From IMG/VR virus record IMGVR_UViG_3300031715_000005: a stretch of DNA of 64,000 bases; one strand, 5' to 3'. Position 1 is the first letter of the stretch; each line of letters starts with the position of its first letter. This DNA comes from an uncultured virus (IMG/VR IMGVR_UViG_3300031715_000005). Its lineage: Duplodnaviria; Heunggongvirae; Uroviricota; Caudoviricetes. Shown here piece after piece: positions 58,811-64,000 of this stretch. The notes beneath the pieces are model-generated. The model was not told the origin of the DNA and did no database searches. It worked only from the letters and a program-made list of their open reading frames with translations. Position numbers and translations under genes: made by a program.

Positions 58811-59323
58811 ATGACAGGTGAGTCAGTTCTGGTTGCATTAGGAGGAGTGATTGCTGCGATTTTAGGAAGCTACGTCATTGTACGACACAGTGACTATGAA
58901 AGGCAGTTGGTGGATGAACGCTGGCGCGGAGGAATCGAAACGAAGGTGGACGCCATGTGGAAGGTACTCTTCCGCGCGGCGACGTTCGATGGATTGGTTG
59001 GAGGAATTTTACAGACGAAAAGCCCGATCCACGTCAACCTAGATGCGTTCAAGACTCACCCCGAACTTGTGAAGAAGCTGAAAGACTTCTACGAGACAAC
59101 GGGGAAAAACCTGAAAGACCTGGAGCTGTTTGTCGAGCTGGAGAATCGCTTTTCCGCCGATTTCTCTCAGTTCGAACGGCAGCATGGATTGAGAGCTGTC
59201 GCATCGGTGGCGGCGGCGTGCTACTTGCTGCGTCCGGAAATGAGCATTTTCGATCATCGCAATTTTGAAATTACGAAGTCGGCTTATGCCGATGAACCTC
59301 CGGAGCAAGGAAAAGAAGGGTAG
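58811..59323 (+). CDS. Single-TM protein, possibly holin-related
   Basis: VLVALGGVIAAILGSYVIV N-terminal TM segment. Confidence 0.55.
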   Translation: MTGESVLVALGGVIAAILGSYVIVRHSDYERQLVDERWRGGIETKVDAMWKVLFRAATFDGLVGGILQTKSPIHVNLDAFKTHPELVKKLKDFYETTGKNLKDLELFVELENRFSADFSQFERQHGLRAVASVAAACYLLRPEMSIFDHRNFEITKSAYADEPPEQGKEG

Positions 59324-59348
59324 ACATTCAAGGTAAAGATAGTAGAAT
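59321..59348 (+). promoter_or_regulatory. Sigma70-type promoter
   Basis: TAGACA-16 nt-TAGAAT, then AAGGAG RBS. Confidence 0.55.
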
Positions 59349-59368
59349 GTTTTGCCAAGGAGCGTGAT

Positions 59369-60013
59369 ATGAAAATCACTCGAACATTGAAATTCAACTT
59401 CAGCACGTTTTTGTTTACGTTTTTGGTGTTGCAGCTCGTGGTTCTGGCTTCTGGATGTTCGGCGGCATGGTTGGGGGCCGTGAGCGCGTTGATGCCGGCG
59501 CTAGAGACGGCAGTATCGGCGGCAATCGCTTTTGTGATGGCTCTGGAGGGTAAGACCGTCCCGGCATCGGTGAGCGCGGCAATTCAGAAGATCGGACAAG
59601 ATATCTCCGCGCAGATTGCCAACGTTCAACAGCTCATTACGGTCTATCAGGGAGCGGCTTCGACCGGAACACTCAGCCAGATCCAGGCGGTGTTTCAGGC
59701 CATCGTGGCGAACCTTGGGAATATCCTTACTGCCTTCCAGGTGAGCGATTCGACTACCATGAGCAAGCTTACGCAACTCGTTGGCCTGTGTGTTGCCGCG
59801 GCGCAAGCGATCCTCGCGCTGATTCCGTTGGTAGCGACGAAGTTGGCTTCTGGAGCCTCGAAGTCTGAACTGGAAGCGGACGACAAACTCGCGGCATCTT
59901 CGGTCAAGAATGTGGAAAGCGGACTGAAACAGGCTTACGTTCAAGTCATTTCGGAAGAGACTCCTAGCGCGGACGTGAATGCCGCTCTGTTGACTCTGCC
60001 GCGAACGCTGTAG
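59369..60013 (+). CDS. Helical lipoprotein
   Basis: Lipobox-like LVVLASG-C; amphipathic Ala-rich helices. Confidence 0.7.
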   Translation: MKITRTLKFNFSTFLFTFLVLQLVVLASGCSAAWLGAVSALMPALETAVSAAIAFVMALEGKTVPASVSAAIQKIGQDISAQIANVQQLITVYQGAASTGTLSQIQAVFQAIVANLGNILTAFQVSDSTTMSKLTQLVGLCVAAAQAILALIPLVATKLASGASKSELEADDKLAASSVKNVESGLKQAYVQVISEETPSADVNAALLTLPRTL

Positions 60014-60062
60014 ACTCTTACGAAGGGTGCCTCTGTCCGTCTGAGCTAAAGGGAGTGGAGTC

Positions 60063-60803
60063 GTGAAACTTGGAAAACTACCTAGGAAAATTCATTATAG
60101 GACGATCCCTTTTCCGAGGTTTCTGAGTGACACGGCTCCCGCTCCCGATCCCGCCAAGGTCTATTGGGAGTACAAGCTTCCTCAGAAAAATCTTCAGATG
60201 TTCAAGAACGACAGTCTTGGTTGCTGCACGGTTGCGGCAATTGCGCACATGATTATGAACATGACGGCGCACACGGGATCAATCGTGATCCCGACGGATG
60301 ATCAGGTGGTGGAGTTTTATTCGGCTGTCAGCGGGTACGTGCCCGGAGATGAATCCACCGATAATGGAGCAACGATCACGGACGTTCTGGCGAGGTGGCA
60401 GAGCGTGGGGCTGGCCGGGCACAAAATCGCCGGGTGGGTGGAATTTGACTTTGGCAATCCGCAGCATTTCGATTGGGCGCAGTATCTTTTCGGCGGCGCG
60501 GACTGCGGGATGCAGCTTCCTAATTCCGCGATGGAGCAGTTCAACGCCAACGAAGCTTGGGATGTTGTCACCAACGATGGCGGGATTGACGGTGGCCATA
60601 GCGTCCCGTATTTTGGGTATGGCTCCGCTGGCCGCATGGGTCTTACCTGGGCGAAGAATCAAGCGGCAACGAAGGCGTTCGAAGCGAAATATTTCGACGA
60701 GGCGTACGCGGTGTTCGGGCCGGATTGGTTTGACAACGCAAGCATCGCTCCGAACGGGTTCGACAAGGACGCGCTGTATGCGTACTGGAAAACGTTGAAC
60801 TAA
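60063..60803 (+). CDS. Papain-like (C1-type) cysteine peptidase
   Basis: NDSLGCCTVAA...GGHSV..GYG...TWA. Confidence 0.7.
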   Translation: MKLGKLPRKIHYRTIPFPRFLSDTAPAPDPAKVYWEYKLPQKNLQMFKNDSLGCCTVAAIAHMIMNMTAHTGSIVIPTDDQVVEFYSAVSGYVPGDESTDNGATITDVLARWQSVGLAGHKIAGWVEFDFGNPQHFDWAQYLFGGADCGMQLPNSAMEQFNANEAWDVVTNDGGIDGGHSVPYFGYGSAGRMGLTWAKNQAATKAFEAKYFDEAYAVFGPDWFDNASIAPNGFDKDALYAYWKTLN

Positions 60804-60823
60804 AAAACTTACGGCTCAAATTG

Positions 60824-60862
60824 CGCGGGGTGGCGGATGAAACTGCCATCCCGCGTTAGTTT
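60824..60862 (+). terminator. GC-rich hairpin, possible terminator
   Basis: CGCGGGGTGGCGG/CTGCCATCCCGCG followed by TTAGTTT. Confidence 0.55.
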
Positions 60863-60879
60863 CAAAAAAGGGGGACGTG

Positions 60880-61047
60880 ATGAAAGAAAATTTCTGGAAG
60901 TATAAGGGGTATATTCTTCATTGTGCGGCGGTGGCAATTATTTTCTTGACGCCTTCGGTGCAACAGGCTTTGCTTGCGCATCCGAAAACGTCGGCCGCTG
61001 GCACGGTGGTTTGGGGTTTCCTGCTTCATTGGGCGACTGGCAAGTAA
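60880..61047 (+). CDS. Putative holin (55 aa)
   Basis: MKENFWKYKGYILHCAAVAIIFLTP...VVWGFLLHWATGK; RBS; abuts the endolysin. Confidence 0.55.
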   Translation: MKENFWKYKGYILHCAAVAIIFLTPSVQQALLAHPKTSAAGTVVWGFLLHWATGK

Positions 61048-61575
61048 GTGGACGCAATCTCATTGGCGAGGATCGGCGAACTGCATCCGGAGCTGGCGCG
61101 GCGCTGGACACAAGCCGATCAGCTCCTGGAAGCGCAGGGTATCCGCATCCGTGTAGATCAGGGATTGCGCACGATGTCACAGCAACAAAGCATCTGGCAG
61201 GAAGGCCGCAATCCGGATGGTTCCTTCATTGATCCGATCCATCGCAAAGGTGTGGTGACGTACGCCAAGGCCGGCCAGTCCTATCACAATTATGGCCTCG
61301 CGCTCGATGGCGTACCGATGGTGAACGGCGAGCCTGTGTGGGACCGGGAGACGGAACCGGGCTTGACGCTGTATGCGAAAATGGTCACGGCCGGAGAGAC
61401 GGTAGGGCTCACTTCGGGGTCTAGGTGGCCCGAACCCAAAACGGACTTTCCTCATTTTCAGTTGACGGGAAAATTCCTGGAAGATGAACCGGATGATTCG
61501 GTGAAGGCGCTCTTCGATGCTGGCGGACTTCCGGCAGTTTGGGCGCAGTTGGACAAGGATCTCGGTATCGCTTGA
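61048..61575 (+). CDS. Endolysin, M15 L-Ala-D-Glu peptidase
   Basis: QGLRT..QQ, VTYAKAGQSYHNYGLALD, DFPHFQ. Confidence 0.92.
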   Translation: MDAISLARIGELHPELARRWTQADQLLEAQGIRIRVDQGLRTMSQQQSIWQEGRNPDGSFIDPIHRKGVVTYAKAGQSYHNYGLALDGVPMVNGEPVWDRETEPGLTLYAKMVTAGETVGLTSGSRWPEPKTDFPHFQLTGKFLEDEPDDSVKALFDAGGLPAVWAQLDKDLGIA

Positions 61576-61584
61576 GGAGGCCGT

Positions 61585-61809
61585 ATGGGAGCTGGACTGA
61601 GCGGAGGAGCAATTGTAGTGGTGCTTCTGATAGGCATGGCCGTCTACGGCGGGTCAGCCGTGATCCACGGGATCGGGCATGTGTTCAAGAAAACGGCTCA
61701 GGTTACGACCCATCCGATCCGGCATCCGAAGAAAGATGCGAAGGCCGTCTACCATAAACTTTCAGGTGACAGACCGACACCTCCGCCGGCGGGAGCCGGA
61801 ACGAAGTAG
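61585..61809 (+). CDS. Small membrane protein
   Basis: GAGGAGG RBS; N-terminal TM segment. Confidence 0.6.
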   Translation: MGAGLSGGAIVVVLLIGMAVYGGSAVIHGIGHVFKKTAQVTTHPIRHPKKDAKAVYHKLSGDRPTPPPAGAGTK

Positions 61810-61812
61810 CTC

Positions 61813-62178
61813 ATGGAATCCACGCACGTCTATATCGTCGTTCTCCGCAATCTTGACCTTCCGGATCGGAAACTGTGCATGACTTCTGGCAGGATCGCCT
61901 CTCATGCGGTTCATGCGGCTGTAAAACTCCAACGCGCGCTTGGTTGCGACGTTTCCGAAAAGTGGATCATCATTCTGTCTGTTGCAAACAATGTGGAATT
62001 GGAAACAGTCTGCCAAGAACTAAACCGCGAGAGGATTCAGTACGTGGAATACCGCGACGTGGACGATGCTTTCCAGGGGCAACATTTAACCGCGATTGCA
62101 ACTTTTCCGATGGAAAAGAATCAATCAGGGACGCTGAAAAAGCTACGCCCATGGCGCTGCGCTTGCAACGAGATTTAA
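61813..62178 (+). CDS. Peptidyl-tRNA hydrolase 2-like protein
   Basis: YIVVLRNL..M.SGRIASHAVHAA, IILSV, YRD, TAIA. Confidence 0.65.
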   Translation: MESTHVYIVVLRNLDLPDRKLCMTSGRIASHAVHAAVKLQRALGCDVSEKWIIILSVANNVELETVCQELNRERIQYVEYRDVDDAFQGQHLTAIATFPMEKNQSGTLKKLRPWRCACNEI

Positions 62179-62423
62179 GGAAGATCGCCAATCCTTCGGA
62201 ATATCCTCTCCGCAAATCCAACACCATTCACGGTCATCAGGATACTTCATGCGGAAGAGATGCTCGCATGGCGGGTCAATTTCTATTTCCAGCAAATCAA
62301 TAGGCTCCATAGCGGACCTTCCTTCGAATAGGCTGGACACAGAAAGAGCATAACACAAAATAAATGAAACGCAACTAAAAATAACCCTTGACAACTCTGT
62401 GGCCCTGTAGAAAGATGCCTTCC

Positions 62424-62570
62424 ATGCCAGCGAAGGACATTCTCGTTGCGACGAAAATTGACGAAGCTCTGCACAAAAAGTTGGTGGCCAGAGCGAAGGA
62501 ACAAGATCGCAGCATTGCCTATCTGATTCGCCAAGCGATAGAAAATCTTGTCAACGGTGGCCATAAGTGA
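62424..62570 (+). CDS. Ribbon-helix-helix regulator
   Basis: VATKIDEALHKKL..RAKEQDRSIAYLIRQAIE; TTGACA at 62388. Confidence 0.75.
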   Translation: MPAKDILVATKIDEALHKKLVARAKEQDRSIAYLIRQAIENLVNGGHK

Positions 62571-62678
62571 AGCGCGAACCGCTCTGGAAAGCAGCCAGGG
62601 CGGCATTGTTTTGCGTGGTGGCTGTAGTGGTGTGTTCGATTCTGGTGGTCGTGCTCGAATAGGAAAGGAAGGTGCTAG

Positions 62679-63686
62679 GTGGAAACGGCAATTACTTCTC
62701 CGAACGTAGAGAAGATCACGGCGGCTATTGCAACCCTTCAATCAAGGTTGGCCGCGATTACGGTAATCGAGACGGAAGAGCAGTTCAGGGAAATAGCGGC
62801 GGTCAAGCTGGATGCCAAAGCGTACATCAAAAGCGTGGGGTTTGAGCTGGACCCTGGAATTGAAAAAGCCAAGGAAGTTGTACGACATCTAAACGATCAG
62901 AAAACCAAGTTTGTGAGTCCGGCTGAAAAAGTGGTTGAGGCTGCGGAAGAAAAGATTGCAGACAAGAATCGCCGGGAGAGACTCGCGGCAGAGGCGGACA
63001 CACGCCGGCGGAATCAAGAGGCACAAGCGAAGGCGGACCGTGAAGCAGCCGAAAAGAAACGGTTGGCCGATGAGGAAGCGGCGCGGCTGAAGAAAGCAGC
63101 CGATGAACAAGCGGAGCGGGATCGGCTTGCCGCTCAGAAGAAAGCGGATGAAGATAAAAAGGAAGCCGATAGAAAAGCGGAAGCCGATAGAAAAGCAAAA
63201 CAAAAAGAAATTGATGATGCACGGGCGCGAGGCGTGGTGAACAAGCGTGAGGCTGAACGGTTGAAGAAAGAAACCGATGAGAAGGCCGCGCGGGACAAAA
63301 AAGTGGCTGACGAGAAAGCAGCGACCGACAAAAAGGCGGCTGACGAACAGGCAGAACGTGAAAAGAAAGAAGCTGCGGAAGCGGCGGAACGGTTGACGCA
63401 GCAAGCGGCCACGGATGCCGCCGTGATCCAGTCCAGCGTAGTCAAGGAAACGGTGCTGCCGAATCGAATTGCCGTCGCTGGCCTTCGTGGAGGGGGGAAG
63501 TGGGTATTCACGGTCACGGATATCACGAAGATTCCTCGAAACCTGTTGTATCCGAATCCCAAGGATGATGGAACCTTCGATCCGGAGAAACTCCCGCGGG
63601 TGGGAGATTTTGTCCGGAAAACGAAGGACAAAGAGAAGGCAGAGGCAGGATGTCCGGGGATCGAGGTCACGTTCATAGATCGGTAA
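62679..63686 (+). CDS. Charged coiled-coil phage protein
   Basis: Long E/K/A/R helix; C-terminal WVFTVTDITKIPR...PGIEV. Confidence 0.7.
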   Translation: METAITSPNVEKITAAIATLQSRLAAITVIETEEQFREIAAVKLDAKAYIKSVGFELDPGIEKAKEVVRHLNDQKTKFVSPAEKVVEAAEEKIADKNRRERLAAEADTRRRNQEAQAKADREAAEKKRLADEEAARLKKAADEQAERDRLAAQKKADEDKKEADRKAEADRKAKQKEIDDARARGVVNKREAERLKKETDEKAARDKKVADEKAATDKKAADEQAEREKKEAAEAAERLTQQAATDAAVIQSSVVKETVLPNRIAVAGLRGGGKWVFTVTDITKIPRNLLYPNPKDDGTFDPEKLPRVGDFVRKTKDKEKAEAGCPGIEVTFIDR

Positions 63687-64000
63687 GAGTTTGCTCGCAT
63701 CGGGAGCGCAAGGGTGATTGCCTTTGAGGGGCCTGGTGCGGGTGAAAGGGCAGTGGTTGTCCGGAAGCGGTAAAGACGTAGCTCGTCGGTTGAAGGGGAT
63801 ACGGCACTTAGGTCGGACTGTTTTATGATCTCAGCGAAACAAACCGAGGGATGCATCCGTTTCCCAGTAGGGACGGAGATTCCCTTTCATGTACCGCAAG
63901 GAAGTTACAACCCCCTGCGGGAAAACTGAGGGAGAGTAGTTCTAAGAGTCAAACGTCGCAATGCCCACCAACCATTGCCCATTAGAATTGGAGAGATGAT

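Noticed and set aside
60921..61232. 103-aa ORF from the track
   Set aside because: Overlaps the better-supported 60880-61047 holin candidate and the endolysin
62679..63686. TolA
   Set aside because: Resemblance is only low-complexity E/K/A composition; no TM anchor
1..64000. CRISPR array, tRNAs, integrase/att sites, DNA polymerase
   Set aside because: None recognisable by eye; lifestyle cannot be determined from this window

Overview
This window is ~64 kb of a tailed dsDNA phage or prophage with a contractile tail, and essentially every credible gene is on the + strand. 0-21.6 kb is an accessory block with a probable small terminase (5.1 kb), a DNA-modification toolkit (ParB-like protein, N6/N4 MTase, frameshifted glycosyltransferase, DUF5131, NDP-sugar epimerase, two-frame C5 MTase), an RarA/MgsA-like pair in separate genes, and an internally deleted IS1595-family element with a passenger gene (12148-13440, 8-bp TSD). 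21.7-45.6 kb is the head-neck-tail-baseplate module: PBSX TerL, DUF1073 portal, DUF2213, DUF2184 capsid, DUF3383 sheath, -1 frameshift chaperone, tape measure-lysozyme and baseplate J. 45.7-58.6 kb is the tail-fibre position, but it holds five Cys-containing, Gly/Thr-rich fibre/adhesin-like proteins (one of 2524 aa) that all begin with Sec-type signal peptides, and two more such proteins lie inside the head operon. 58.6-64 kb contains lysis genes, Pth2 and an RHH regulator. The best candidate for an undescribed system is an exported, disulfide-folded fibre/appendage set that either docks on the virion outside the cytoplasm or decorates the host. An Acidobacteriota-like host is a guess from protein style. 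All family names come from motif recognition by eye, not database searches.
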